From contig CAVQXV010000003.1 in assembly GCA_963718005.1 (NCBI GenBank), forward strand, positions 63,708 through 127,707: a stretch of DNA of 64,000 bases. Reading direction: 5' to 3'. The first letter of the stretch is position 1. Each line of letters starts with the position of its first letter. The notes beneath the pieces are model-generated. The model saw only the letters and a program-made list of their open reading frames with translations, was not told the origin of the DNA and did no database searches. Positions 33,558 to 44,918 of this stretch are shown piece after piece. The DNA is from an uncultured Gemmatimonadales bacterium (GTDB taxonomy: Bacteria > Gemmatimonadota > Gemmatimonadetes > Gemmatimonadales > JACORV01). Both the position numbers and the translations under genes were made by a program.

Positions 33558-33651
33558 GGTTGTGGGTTGTAGGTGGTGGGTTGTAGGACCAGCTCGCCAC
33601 CCTCAAGCCAGTTCCCGCGTGTCGTCCTACCACCCACAACCCACAACCCAC
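33558..33651. repeat. GGGTTGT-word inverted repeat element
   Basis: GGTTGTGGGTTGTAGGTGGTGGGTTGTAGGAC ... GTCCTACCACCCACAACCCACAACCCAC, with a roughly 34-nt spacer. Confidence 0.7.
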
Positions 33652-33748
33652 TAACTCCTTCCAGCCATCTGGACGCACGGACGCCATCCGATTACAGTGT
33701 TCGTCGCTCCCTCACCATATCCGACGTTCTACCCGGAGGAAGGCGGCC

Positions 33749-34261
33749 ATGACCTGGCTGATGATCGTGTTGCGCGTACTGCACATCGGCGGCGGGGTGT
33801 TCTGGGCGGGCGGGACGTTCATCTTCGCCGGCTACGTGGAGCCGACCACGGCGGCGCTGGGAGCCGAGGGCGGGCGCTTCATGCAGCGCCTGGCCTCGAG
33901 CCGGTATCCCGTCGCCATGAGCGTGGCGGGCATCCTGACGATCGTGGCGGGCGTCTGGCTCCTCGCGATCGACTCGGGCGGCTTCCAACCCGCGTGGATG
34001 GGCAGCGGCACCGGCGTGGCCTTCAGCATCGGCGGCCTCGCGGGGCTGGTGGCGGCGGTGATCGGTCTGGGCGTGCAGGGGCGCAACGCGATGCGGATGG
34101 GGGCGCTCGCCCGGGCGATCGATGGTCAGACGGGCGGGCCGACCGCCGAACAGACCGCGCAGGTGCAGGCCCTCCGGGGCAGGCTGCGCTCCGGCGGCCG
34201 ATGGACGGCGCGGCTGCTGGGCATCGCGGTGGTGTGTATGGCAGTCGCGAGGTACGTCTAG
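33749..34261 (+). CDS. hypothetical integral membrane protein (four TM helices)
   Basis: Intact 170-aa ORF after a GGAGGAAGG RBS. Hydrophobic segments are separated by short loops. Flanked on both sides by GGGTTGT-type elements. Confidence 0.5.
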   Translation: MTWLMIVLRVLHIGGGVFWAGGTFIFAGYVEPTTAALGAEGGRFMQRLASSRYPVAMSVAGILTIVAGVWLLAIDSGGFQPAWMGSGTGVAFSIGGLAGLVAAVIGLGVQGRNAMRMGALARAIDGQTGGPTAEQTAQVQALRGRLRSGGRWTARLLGIAVVCMAVARYV

Positions 34262-34262
34262 G

Positions 34263-34346
34263 CGGGTTGTGGGTGGTGGGTGGTGGGTTGTAGACCCAAC
34301 CACCCCGCCACCCACATTGCCACAACCTACAACCCACAACCTACTA
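34263..34346. repeat. GGGTTGT-word inverted repeat element filling a convergent intergenic gap
   Basis: CGGGTTGTGGGTGGTGGGTGGTGGGTTGTAGAC followed by CCAACCACCCCGCCACCCACATTGCCACAACCTACAACCCACAACCTAC. It starts 1 nt after one stop and ends 8 nt before the other. Confidence 0.7.
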
Positions 34347-34354
34347 ACCGCTGC

Positions 34355-35306
34355 TCAGCCCAGCGGAATGTGCTTGGCGTTGATCGCCAGCCACGCGTCG
34401 AAGCTCAGCAACTGCGGATTCAAGCGTGCGCGACGTCTCGACGCTGTGCGCCCGGCACAGCTCGTCCGAGAAGTCGCGGTCGAACTGGAACATGTTGGCG
34501 AGGTCGTCGGCGCCCGGGAAACCGAAGCTGCGGTACACCGCCGGCTCGATGGCGTGGTAGGCCACCTCGTGGCCGAGGGCCTTGGTCAGGGCTGCCGCCA
34601 TCTGGGCGCCGGTCAAGTGCTCGCCCGCGATGCCGACCCGCTTGCCGATGTACTCGGGGCCGCGCTTCAGGATGCCGTACGCGCACTTGCCGATGTCTTC
34701 GGCGGCGATGCCCGCCAGCTTCTTGTCGCCCATCGGGAACGCGATGGCCAGCTTGCCGTCGGGGCCCTTCTTGGGTCCCCAGCCGAAGTGGATGAAGTTG
34801 TCCCAGTAGGCGACGGTGAGCATGCTCGTCGTCGGCACGCCGAGGTCCGTGAACAGGTGGTCGGATTCCCCCTTGGCGTCGAAGTGCGGGACCTTGTACT
34901 TGCCCATCAGCGTCGGCATCCGGTTGTCGCCGAGGGGGATGAACTTCCGCGTGTCCTCGAGCGTGGACCAGACGACGTGCCGCACGCCGGCGCTCTTCGC
35001 CGCCCGCGCCATCGCGGCCGCCTCGGCGATCTCCTTCTCCGGCGACATGTGCGCCCAGTAGAAGGTCACGCAGAACGCCGCGTCGGCCCCCGTGAACGCC
35101 CGCTTGAGGCTCTCTTCGTCGTCCACGTCGGCCGCGACCACCTCCGCGCCCGTGGCTCGCAGCTCCTTCACCTTCTCGGAGCGGATGTCCCTCGTGAGCG
35201 CCCGCGCCTTGAACGGTCCGTCCTTGTCCGCCCCGATGGCGCGGACGAGGCCGCCGCCCTGCGCGCCACGCGCGCCCACCACCGCCACGATCTTCTTGTC
35301 CGCCAT
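34355..35306 (-). CDS. NmrA-family NAD(P)-binding protein, one frame break near 34422
   Basis: KKIVAVVGARGAQGGGLVRA Rossmann motif. VPHFDAKGE and the overall NmrA/HSCARG-like layout. The natural tail LNPQLLSFDAWLAINAKHIPLG-stop is in frame -1. Length is 3n+1. Confidence 0.75.
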
Positions 35307-35422
35307 GTGTGCTCCCTCGCGCGTCGCCATGGGCGAGCCGCGCGTCGATGGTCCGTGATTCAGCGATCGTCCTGAAAGCTAGCAGGGTTGCCGGCCGGCT
35401 GTATCGGGTGGGCGGTCGGAGC

Positions 35423-35538
35423 GGTTGGTGGGTTGTAGGTTGTGGGTTGTGGTGCTACTCGGCAGGCGCGTCGGCACCGGTGGTCGAGGCTTCGCTCTGG
35501 GGCGCGCCGTCACCCACCACCTGCAACCCACCACCCGC
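35423..35538. repeat. GGGTTGT-word inverted repeat element straddling the rmuC stop
   Basis: GGTTGGTGGGTTGTAGGTTGTGGGTTGTGGTG (35423-35453) and CACCCACCACCTGCAACCCACCACCCGCC (35511-35538, inside the rmuC 3' end). Confidence 0.65.
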
Positions 35539-36472
35539 CTTCACCCCCGTGATCTTCTCGAACCGCTCCTCGATCAGGCCGAACTGCCGTTCGGCCTCGG
35601 CGTACTGGCGGACGGCGTGGTCCAGGTGCTTCCCGACCAGGCGGAACGCGTCGTCGTATCTGGCGAACTGCTGCTGCAGCCCCCCGAGCGACTCCAGGAT
35701 GGCCCGCGCCTCCTTCTCCACCTCGAGGCCCTTGAGGCCGTGGAGGATGGCCGCGAGGTAGGCGTAGAACGTGTTCGGCGAAACGGGGATGACCTTGCGA
35801 CGCAGGGCGTAGCCGACCACGCTCTCCCCATCCTCGAGCTGCTCGCCCCGGACCACGGCCTCGTAGTACACGCTCTCCGCCGGCACGTACATCAGCGCGA
35901 ACTCGAACGTGCCCTCGTCGGGCTTGATGTACTTGTCGGCGATCTCGTCGACGCGGTCGCGCAGCGACTTGCGGAACGCGCGCCGTTCCCGCTCGACGTC
36001 CGGCCGCGTCGGCGGCGAGCATCCGCTGGAAGGCCTCGAGCGGGAACTTGGCGTCCACCGGCACCAGGCGGTCGCCCACGCGCACGACGGCGTCCACCTT
36101 CTCGCCGGAGCGGAAGGCGTGCTGCGTGGCGTAGATGCCCTCGGGGAGGATCTGCCGCAGCAGCTCCTCCAGCCACACCTCGCCGAGCGTGCCGCGGAGC
36201 CTCGGGACCTGGAGCAGCTCCTGCACCTTCACCACGGACTGGCCAACGGCCTCGAGCCTCTGGGTGGCCTCGGCGAGGCGGCCGAGCCGCTCGCGCACGT
36301 CGCCGACGGCGCCGCCCTGTGCGGTAGCGAGCACCTCCAGGCGGCGGCGCACCTCGATCAGCTGCTGCTGGAGCAGGGCCGCCTCGTTGCCCGGCGCCGG
36401 CGGGCGGCGCGTCACCAGCACGACCAGCAGCGCCACCGCCAGGAGCAGCAGGACCAGGATCACCGCGTTCAT
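35455..36472 (-). CDS. rmuC: DNA recombination protein RmuC, one frame break near 35990
   Basis: N-terminal TM plus coiled coil, then GTLGEVWLEELLRQILPEGIY...VPVDAKFPLEAF, and in the second frame FALMYVPAESVYYEA...VIPVSPNTFYAYL. Length is 3n+1. The last 25 codons overlap a repeat element. Confidence 0.8.
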
Positions 36473-36482
36473 CGGCCGGCCT

Positions 36483-37505
36483 TCAGCGGTCGGCCAGGTG
36501 GCACGCGACGCTGTGGCCCGGCGCCAGCTCCCGCAGCTCGGGGCGCGCCGTGCGGCACGTCTCGTTCTTTGCCGGATGCTGGCAGCGCGGATGGAAGGGA
36601 CAGCCGGTCGGCGGATGCACGGGTGAAGGCGGGTCGCCGGCCAGCACGACGCGGGCGCGCCGGGTCTTCGGGTCGGGCACCGGCACCGCGGTGAGCAGCG
36701 CCTGCGTGTAGGGGTGGAGCGGCCGCTGGTAGATGCCGTCCGACGGTCCCTGCTCGACGATCCGTCCCAGGTACATGACCGCGACGCGCGGCGCGACGTG
36801 GCGGATCACGGCGAGGTCGTGCGAGATGAAGAGGTAGGAGAGCCCGCGCTTCGCCTGCAGGTCCACGAGCAGGTTCAGGACCTGGGCCTGCACGCTCACG
36901 TCGAGCGCCGACACCGGCTCGTCGCACACCAGGAACTCCGGCTCGACGGCGAGGGCGCGGGCGATGCCCGCGCGCTGCCGCTGGCCTCCGGAGAATTCGT
37001 GGGGGTAGCGCGCGGCCGATCCGGCGGGCAGTCCCACCTCGGCCAGCAGCGCCTCGACCCGGCGCTCGGCCTCGTCGCCCTGGGCGAGGTGGTGCACCTC
37101 GATGCCTTCGCGCACCGCGCGGCCGATGGAGAGGCGGGGATTGAGCGACCCGTCCGGGTCCTGGAAGACGATCTGCATCCGCCGGCGCATCCGCCGCAGC
37201 GCCGCGGGCTCGAGCGCGAACACGTCCTGGCCGTCGAACCTCACCTCGCCCGAGGTGCGCTCGACCAGCCGCAGGATCGTCCGGCCCAGGGTGGTCTTGC
37301 CGCACCCGGACTCGCCCACCAGGCCGAGCGTCTCGCGCGCCCCGACGTCGAGCGACACGCCGTTGACGGCCTGCACCACCTCGCGTCCCGTGCCGAACAG
37401 GCCGACGCGCCGCACGAAATGCGTCACGAGGTCGCGGACTTCAAGCAGGGGATGGTCGCTCAGACGAGTCTCCTCGTGAGTAAGAAGTGAGACGTGACGC
37501 CTCAC
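36483..37505 (-). CDS. peptide ABC transporter ATP-binding protein (OppF/DppF-like)
   Basis: [35 protein letters not shown], and the C-terminal [12 protein letters not shown] oligopeptide-type extension. The GTG overlaps the upstream TGA. Confidence 0.85.
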   Translation of the reverse strand: MRRHVSLLTHEETRLSDHPLLEVRDLVTHFVRRVGLFGTGREVVQAVNGVSLDVGARETLGLVGESGCGKTTLGRTILRLVERTSGEVRFDGQDVFALEPAALRRMRRRMQIVFQDPDGSLNPRLSIGRAVREGIEVHHLAQGDEAERRVEALLAEVGLPAGSAARYPHEFSGGQRQRAGIARALAVEPEFLVCDEPVSALDVSVQAQVLNLLVDLQAKRGLSYLFISHDLAVIRHVAPRVAVMYLGRIVEQGPSDGIYQRPLHPYTQALLTAVPVPDPKTRRARVVLAGDPPSPVHPPTGCPFHPRCQHPAKNETCRTARPELRELAPGHSVACHLADR

Positions 37506-37537
37506 CCCTCACGTTGATCCGGCTTCTTACGCCTTTC
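37475..37537. repeat. GTGAG-word element at the oppD/oppF junction (inside coding sequence)
   Basis: CGTGAGTAAGAAGTGAGACGTGACGCCTCACCCCTCACGTTGATCCGGCTTCTTACGCCTTTC. Shares CTCACCCCTCAC and CTTCTYACGCCTTTC with the element at 46457-46602. Confidence 0.6.
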
Positions 37538-38527
37538 TGGCTCCTTCACCAGCCAGCACCTCGCCTTATGCCCCGGCGCCACCTCGAGCAGCGGCGGCAT
37601 CTCGCCGGCGCACTTCTCCCAGGCGTGGGGACAGCGCGGATGAAACCGGCAACCCGCGGGCCACGCGTAGGCAGGGGGCACCTGGCCGGGAATGGCGCGC
37701 AGCCGCTCCCGCCGCTCGTCGAGCCGCGGGACGGCGGCCAGCAGCCCCTCGGTGTAGGGGTGCGCCGCCCGCGCGAACAATCGCTCGGTCGTGGTCTCCT
37801 CGACGATCTGCCCCGCGTACATGACGTACACCCGCCGGGTGCGCTCCGCGACGATGCCGAGGTTGTGCGTGATCAGCAGGACCGCCATCCCGAGCTTCTG
37901 CTGCAGGCCGTCGAGCAGCTCGAGGATCTCGGCCTGGATCGTGACGTCGAGGGCGGTGGTCGGCTCGTCGGCCAGCAGGAGCTTGGGGCGGCAGGCGAGC
38001 GCCATCGCGAGCAGGACGCGCTGCCGCATCCCGCCCGACAGCTGGTGCGGGTACGACGAGGCGCGGCGCTCGGCGTCGGCGATCCCCACGGCGGCGAGCA
38101 TCTCCACCGCGCGCCACCGCGCGGTGCTGCGGCTCACCGCCTCGTGGGCGCGGATCGCCTCGGCGATCTGGTCGCCGATCTTGAGCACGGGATTGAGGGC
38201 GCTGAGCGGCTCCTGGAAGACCAGGGCCACGTGGTTGCCGCGCACCGCGCGGATCTCCTTGGCACCGAGCGCGAGCAGGTCGCGGCCCTCGAGGCGCACG
38301 CTGCTGCCGTGCGCGATGTGGCCCGGCGGCTCGATCAGCCGGAGGATGGCGAGCGCGGTGACGGACTTGCCGCACCCCGACTCGCCCACCAGCCCGACCG
38401 TCTCGCCGTCGCCGACGGCGAGATCCACGCCGTCCACGGCGCGCGCGACCCCGTCGTAGCCGGTGAAGCTCACGGTGAGGTCGTGCACCTCGAGCAGCGG
38501 CGCGCGCGCGGGCGCCGGCCCGCTCAT
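37502..38527 (-). CDS. peptide ABC transporter ATP-binding protein (OppD/DppD-like)
   Basis: [48 protein letters not shown] overlap with the permease gene upstream. Confidence 0.85.
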   Translation of the reverse strand: MSGPAPARAPLLEVHDLTVSFTGYDGVARAVDGVDLAVGDGETVGLVGESGCGKSVTALAILRLIEPPGHIAHGSSVRLEGRDLLALGAKEIRAVRGNHVALVFQEPLSALNPVLKIGDQIAEAIRAHEAVSRSTARWRAVEMLAAVGIADAERRASSYPHQLSGGMRQRVLLAMALACRPKLLLADEPTTALDVTIQAEILELLDGLQQKLGMAVLLITHNLGIVAERTRRVYVMYAGQIVEETTTERLFARAAHPYTEGLLAAVPRLDERRERLRAIPGQVPPAYAWPAGCRFHPRCPHAWEKCAGEMPPLLEVAPGHKARCWLVKEPERRKKPDQREG

Positions 38528-39370
38528 GCCGCGATCCTGGGGTCGAAGGCGTCGCGCAACCCGTCGCCCGCGAGGTTGAACGCGACCACCGTGAGCACGA
38601 GGGCGCAACCCGGAGCGAGCGCGACCCACGGGGCGCTGAAGAGGACGTCCTTGCCGTCCATGATCATGTTGCCCCAGGTGGGCGTGGGCGGCCGGACGCC
38701 GAGGCCGAGGTAGGACAGCCCCGCCTCGAGCAGGATGATGTTGCCGACGTCCAGCGATGCGCTGACGATGACGGGTGCCGCCACGTGTGGCAAGAGGTGG
38801 CGGCGCACGATCGCCGGCGTGCGTGGCGCCCAGCGCCCGCGCGGCGGACACGAAGTCCGCTTCGCGCAGGCTCAGGACCGCCGCGCGCACGATCCGGCTG
38901 GCCTGGAACCATCCGGTCGCCGCGATCAGGACCACCACCGCGGCGGCCGGCGCCTCGTCCCACACCGCGAACACGGCGAGCAGCAGGACGATGCGCGGCA
39001 GCGCGAGGGCGACGTCCACGCCGCGCATCAGCAGCTCGTCGGTGCGCCGGCCGGCGAGCCCGGCCGTGAGACCGACGGCGGCGCCCAGCGTGACGGCGAG
39101 CAGGGCGGCGCCGACCCCCACCAGCAGCGAGACCCGGGCCCCGTGCAGCGTGCGGCTCAGCACGTCGCGGCTGTAGGGATCGGTGCCCAGGAGGTGGGCG
39201 GCGGAGGGCGGCCGATCCTGCAGCCGTACCGGGTCGGGCTGCGCCAGCGGATCCGGCGTCACGAGCGGGGCGCACAGGGCCGCGAGCGCGAGCGCCGCGA
39301 CCAGCGCGGCCCCGAGCACCGCGGGGCGGTTGCGCCGGAAGCGGCGCGCGGCGGAGCGCCAGGGGTTCAT
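38524..39370 (-). CDS. peptide ABC transporter permease (OppC/DppC-like), one frame break near 38815
   Basis: LLGTDPYSRDVLSR..., then EAA-loop region FVSAARALGA and ...LLEAGLSYLGLGVRPPTPTWGNMI in ORF 38524..38808. Length is 3n+1. Confidence 0.8.
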
Positions 39371-40341
39371 CGGTCGAGCCGGACGCGCGGATCGGCGATG
39401 GCCACCGCCACGTCGGCGAGCAGGTTCCCGGCCGCCACCAGCACGCCGGAGACCAGGGCGGTCGCCGTGATGACGTTGTAGTCGCGGGCGAAGATGGCGT
39501 CGTAGGCCACGCGGCCGAGGCCGGGCCAGCCGAAGATGCTCTCGACCAGGACCGAGCCCGCGAGGAAGTACGGCACGGAGAGGCCGGCCAGGGTGATGGT
39601 GGGCGCGAGGGCGCCGCGCAGCGCGTGCTTGAGCAGCACGGTCCGCTCGGCGAGTCCCTTGGCCCGCGCCGCGCGGATGTACTCCGCGCCCAGGCTCTCG
39701 ACCAGCGCGCTGCGCTGGAAGCGCGCGAACGCCGCCGCCTGCACCAGCGCGAGGCTCGCCGCGGGAAGGATGAGGTGGCGGGCGACGTCGAGCGCGCGGC
39801 CCAGCGGGGAGAGCCCCTCCCCGAGGCCCGCGCTCGTCATCCCGCTCACGGGCAGCCAGTGCAGCTTCTCGCCGAAGACCAGGACCAGGATCAGTCCCAG
39901 CCAGAAGACGGGCACGGAATACAGCACCAGGGTGGCGGCGCCCAGCAGCGCGTCGGTGCGGGAATGGTGCCGGGCGGCCTGCAGGGCGCCGACGGCCAGG
40001 CCCAGCAGCAGCGACACCACCAGGGCCGTCCCGCCGAGCAGCAGCGTGTTGGGGATGGCTTCGGCCAGCACGGCCGCGACCGGCCGGTGCAGGGTGAACG
40101 ACTCGCCCAGCTCGCCCCGCAGCAGGTTGCCCGCGTAGCGGAGGAACTGCTCGGGCAGGGGACGGTCGAGGCCGAACAGCGCGCGCTGGCGGGCGATGAT
40201 CTCGGGCGAGGCGACGTTGCGTTCCGCCGTGCCGATCATCGGCGCGCCGGGCGCGGCATGGACGAGCAGGAACGTGATGACGACGACCGCGGCCACGCTG
40301 ACGACGGCGAAGGCGAGGCGGCGGGCCGCGAAGCGGAGCAC
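39367..40341 (-). CDS. peptide ABC transporter permease (OppB/DppB-like)
   Basis: VLRFAARRLAFAVVSVAAVVVITFLLV..., EYIRAARAKGL EAA motif, ...DPRVRL tail. Intact from GTG 40341. Confidence 0.8.
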   Translation of the reverse strand: MLRFAARRLAFAVVSVAAVVVITFLLVHAAPGAPMIGTAERNVASPEIIARQRALFGLDRPLPEQFLRYAGNLLRGELGESFTLHRPVAAVLAEAIPNTLLLGGTALVVSLLLGLAVGALQAARHHSRTDALLGAATLVLYSVPVFWLGLILVLVFGEKLHWLPVSGMTSAGLGEGLSPLGRALDVARHLILPAASLALVQAAAFARFQRSALVESLGAEYIRAARAKGLAERTVLLKHALRGALAPTITLAGLSVPYFLAGSVLVESIFGWPGLGRVAYDAIFARDYNVITATALVSGVLVAAGNLLADVAVAIADPRVRLDR

Positions 40342-40343
40342 GC

Positions 40344-41965
40344 CTACGGCCGCGCGGCGCCCCGGTCCGGCGCGCCCGGCCGCGCCGCGCCCACGCGCCA
40401 GTCGGTGACCGTGGCCAGCCAGCTGTCGGGTCGGATGGTGACGTGCTCGAGCCGCGTGCTGATGGCCGCGTTGTTCCGTGGCGAGAACAGGAAGATCGCC
40501 GGCGCTTCGTCGTTGAGGCGCCCCAGCGCGTCGTGCCACAGCGGCGCCGCTTCGGCCCGCGTCCGCGCGCGCATCGCGGCGGCGGTGAGCGCCTGGAACG
40601 GCGGGTCCGCGAAGTGGCCGATGTTGGCCGCGGCGCCCGGGCTCCACCACTGGAGGAGCGACGCCGGGCTCGGGTCGATGGTCCGGGAGACGAAGGCGGC
40701 GTCGAAATCGCCCGCCTGGGTGCGCTGCTCCATCACGCGTGAACTCGAGCGGCTGGATCCGCATGTCCACGCCGAGGCCCTTCAGCTCCGCCTGCAGGAT
40801 CACGGCGGCCTGCTGCCGCACCTGGCTGGAGGTGGGGACGAGCAGCGTGAAGCGGAGCGGCGTCGCGCCGCGCGCGCGCATGCCGCCCGGTCCCGACCGG
40901 CGCCAGCCGCGCTGGTCGAGCGCGCGGGCCGCGGCGGCCGTGTCGAACGGCAGCTGGCGGATCGAGTCGCTCCAGATCCACTGCATCCGGCTGGTCGCGC
41001 CGACCGCGACCTCCGCGAACGGCCCGAACACCGACTGGACCATGGTCCGGCGGTCCACCGCCATCGCGAGCGCGCGCCGCACGTCGCGGTCGGCGAACAG
41101 CGGCCGGCGCTGATTGAAGACGATCGCGGCGTAGAACGGCGACGGATACGGCACCAGGCGCACGGTCGACGATTGGCGCGACCCGCTCGAGCAGCCCGCG
41201 GGCCTGAATGACCTCCATCGCGTCGGCGTCTCCGGCCAGGAGCTGGCTCACGTCCGCGGCCAGCTCGGGCGTAATGCGCCACACCAGGCGCGCCAGGCCC
41301 GGCCGTCCCAGGAACCAGGTCGTGTCGGCCGCGAGATCGATCTCGGATCCGGCCACCCAGCGCACGAACCGGTACGGGCCGTCGCCCACCGGCGCGCGGG
41401 CGAAGGGCGCCGTCGCGAGCCGCGCCGCCGGGATCGTGTCGAGCAGGTGGCGGGGCAGGATGCGCATGTGGTACGTGGCGTCGTACAGCTGCTCGGGATA
41501 CCAGCGCCGGAACCGGAAGGCCACGGTGAGGCTGTCCCGCGCGGTGACCGAGGCGATGGCGTCGAGGAACGGCGCCAGCGGCGCGTTCACCACCGGGTTG
41601 CGGTACACGCCGAAGGTGTACGCGACGTCGGCGGCGGTGACCGGCGCGCCGTCCTGCCAGCGGGCCCGCGGGTCGAGATGGAACACGATCGTGAGCGAGT
41701 CGGGATGCTCCCAGCTGCGCGCCAGCACCGGGCGGAAGCCGGAGTCGTCCACGGTGTTGAGCGCGGCCGTGAGCTCGGCGAGGCGGCAGAACAGCAGGTC
41801 GGAGACGTTGATGCCGGTCGTCGCGTCGGCGACGGGCGGGAGCAGGAAGTCCGCATCGCCCGTCGTCGCGATGATCATCGTCCCGTCCGCGGCGCGCCCC
41901 GCGGCGGGTCCCTTCGCGCAGCCGGCCACGACGAGCGCGGCGATGAGTGTGAGGCGGGTCCGCAC
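40344..41965 (-). CDS. peptide ABC transporter substrate-binding lipoprotein (SBP family 5), two frame breaks
   Basis: LIAALVVAGC lipobox. Family-5 pieces lie in ORFs 40733..41965, 39367..41163 (MRLVPYPSPFYAAIVFN...) and 40344..40736. Length is 3n+2. Confidence 0.75.
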
Positions 41966-42070
41966 GGTTCGAATCTAGACGTTCGTGCTGCCGCCGCCAG
42001 GTCCCGGCACGACGCGTCGAGGGGGGCGTCGCGGCGCCCCCCTCGGTTCTTCGTCAGCGTCCGGCCGCGA

Positions 42071-44855
42071 TCACGGGGCCGGGTGATGCGCGAAGTCGCC
42101 GGCCTCCACGATCGTGAACTTGGCGGGATCGAGGTACCGCCGCATCGCGGCGTTGATCTGCTCCGGGCGTGAGGGCCCGCACCCGGCGCTCGAGATCCGC
42201 GTCGTAGGCCAGGGTGCGGTGGTAGAACAGGTACGCCATCAGCATGGTCGCCAGCGACTGGTCCTGCGCGCGGCCGACCTCCCGCGACTGGAGCCAGCCC
42301 TCCTTGGCCTGCTGCACCTCCGTGGCGGTGAAGCCGTCCTGCAGCATGCGGGCGATCTCCTCGTGGAACGCCGTCTCGAGCCGGCGGACGTTCTGCGGAG
42401 CGTAGATCGCGTAGGTCATGAACGTGCCGCTCGAGTCCAGCGTGCCGGCGCCGATCATCGAGGCGACGCCGTAGCTGAGCCCGTCCTTCTGCCGGATGCG
42501 CACCGCGAGCCGCGAGTTCAGGAAGCCGCCGCCGAGCATGTAGTTGCCGAGCGTCAGGGCCGCGTAGTCCGGGTCGTCGTCGCGGACCTTGAGGTTCATG
42601 CCCGCGAGGAAGATGGCGTTCGCCTTGTCGGGCGTCTCGATCGCGATCGAGGTGTCGGGCCGGTCCTGGTACAGCTGCGGCACGCGCACGAACGCCTGCG
42701 CGCTCCGCCACGCGCCGAGCCGGTCGGTCACCAGCGCCGTGACCTGGGCCGGATCGAAGTCCCCCACCACCGACAGCTCGGCGTTCGAGGCGCCGTAGAA
42801 ATCGGCGTAGAAGCCGCGCACCTCATCCAGCGTGGCGGCCGTGTACGCCGCCACCTGCTCGTCGGGCGTCGGCACGTAGCGCGGGTCGCCCTTCGGGTAG
42901 TCGCCGAGCTGGCGCTGGAACGCGGCGAAGCCGCGCGCCATCGGGTCGCTGCGCTGCTCCTCGATCTGCGCCAGGTTCTCCTGCACCAGCGAGCGGAACT
43001 CCACGGAATCGAAGGCCGGCTCGCGCAGGACCTCGCCGAGCAGGTCCAGCACGGCGCCGAAGTTGGGCCGCGTGGTCTCGATCATCACCGAGGTCGCCGT
43101 CGGGCCGCCGAACACGTTGACGCGCGCCTGCAGGCGGTCGAGCGAGTCCTTGATCTGCTGGCGGGTGTGGCGGCGGGAGCCGCGCATCAGCATGTCCGCC
43201 GTCAGGTCGCCGATGGCCGCCTTGCCGGAGACCGACGCCACCGCTCCGTAGTGCAGGCGCAGCATCGCGTTCACCGTCTGGCCGCGGGTCTTCTTTGGCA
43301 ACAGGGCCAGCTGCAGCCCACCCGGCAGGGTCGAGCGCCGGGTCCGCGCGTCCACGTTGTCCGGCGAGGGATCGAACGCCTCGCCCGCGACCCGCGCCGT
43401 GTCACCGTGATACCCCTGCACCAGCGCCGCCACGTCCGGCACCGGCGGGATGTCCGCGCGCGCCGGCGCGGCGGTGGGGATGAACAGGCCGAGCGTGCGG
43501 TTGCTCGGCAGCAGGTAGCGGCCCGCGACGCGCTGCACCGCGGCGGGCGTGACGGCCTTCAGCCGGTCGCGGTACAGGAACAGCAGCCGCCAGTCGCCCA
43601 TGGCGGACCACTCCGACAGCTCGAGGCCGACCCGCATCGAGTTGTTGAGGTTCAGCTCGATGTTCCGGAGCAGCGACGCCTTGCCGCGCTCCACCTCTTC
43701 CGCCGAGGGCGGGGTGACCACGACGGAGTCCACCGCGCGCTCGAGCGCGACGCGCGCGCTGTCGAGCGAATCGCCCTGCCGCACCCGCGCGTACAGGTAC
43801 AGCATGCCCGGCTCGCGCAGCTGGAAGGCGTCGGCGCCCACGTCCGCGGCCTTCTTGGTGTCCACCAGCGCCTTGTAGAGGCGGCCGGACGGCGCGCTGC
43901 CGAGCACCTCGCTCAGCACGTCCACGGCGGCGAAGTCGGAATCCGAGCCCGCCGGCACGTGGTACATGGCCGACACGACCTGCACGTCACCGACCCGGCG
44001 CAGCGTCACGCTGCGCTCGCCGTCCTGCGTGGGCTCGACCGTGTAGGTCGGGTAGATCTTCAGCACGCCCGAGCGGTCGGGCCGCGGGATGCGGCCGAAG
44101 TCGCGCTCGATCAGCGCGAGCGTGCGCCGCGAGTCGAACTTGCCGGCCACCAGCAGCACCGCGTTGTCGGGCTCGTAGTAGCGGTGGTAGAACGACTGCA
44201 GCCGCTCGATGGGCACCAGCTCGATGTCGGAGCGCGCGCCGATGGTGCGACTTGCCGTAGTTCTGCCACAGGAACGCGGTCGAGAACGTCCGCTCCTGGA
44301 GCACGTTGAACGGGTCGTTCTCGCCCGCCTCGTACTCGTTCCGCACCACCGTCATCTCCGACTCGAGGTCCTTCTTGGCGATGAAGCTGTTGACCATCCG
44401 GTCGGACTCGAGGTCGAGCGCCCAGGTGAGGTTCGTGTCCGTGGCGGCGAAGGTCTCGAAGTAGTTGGTGCGGTCGTACCAGGTGGTGCCGTTGGGCTGC
44501 GCGCCGTGCTCGGTCAGCTCCTGCGGGACGTTGGGATGCTTCGGCGTGCCCTTGAACGACAGGTGCTCGAGCAGGTGCGCCATCCCGGTCTCGCCGTAGC
44601 CTTCGTTCCGGGAGCCGACGAGATAGGTGATGTTGACCGTGATGGTCGGCTTCGAGGAGTCGGGGAAGAGCAGGACGCGGAGCCCGTTCGCGAGGTCGTA
44701 TTCGGTGATGCCCTCGACCGTGGGGCCGCGCACGGCGGCCGCGACGGGCGCTGCGGCCCGCGCCGCCGGCGCGCGGTGCGGCGGTGCGCCGCGGGCTGCT
44801 GGGCGGCGAGGGGAACGGCGAGGGCGAGCAGGAACAACGCGAGAGGGGCGCGCAC
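42071..44855 (-). CDS. large M16 (pitrilysin) family zinc peptidase with duplicated M16 units, at least three frame breaks
   Basis: Signal peptide [20 protein letters not shown], inverted zinc motif [17 protein letters not shown]. The second M16 unit lies in ORF 42054..44216. The natural tail [24 protein letters not shown] is in another frame. Confidence 0.8.
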
Positions 44856-44918
44856 GATGACCTCCGGGAGCGGTGCAGGGACGGCGACGGCCGGCGAGCC
44901 GGTCCGTCGGACCCCACA

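Noticed and set aside
33031-34339. ORFs containing [11 protein letters not shown] and TTHNPQPT peptides
   Set aside because: They are translations of the GGGTTGT/ACAACCC repeat elements and of the antisense strand of the ABC-2 permease and membrane-protein genes. They are not genes.
42114-44309. Long antisense ORFs opposite real genes (this one, and 7608..9206, 9758..10822, 14629..17118, 29684..31828, 48374..50485, 51009..53444, 61164..62924 and others)
   Set aside because: They are extremely Arg/Gly/Ala/Pro/His-rich, have no recognisable motifs and low GC3, and each lies exactly opposite a well-supported gene. This is the usual stop-codon-poor artefact of roughly 70% GC DNA.
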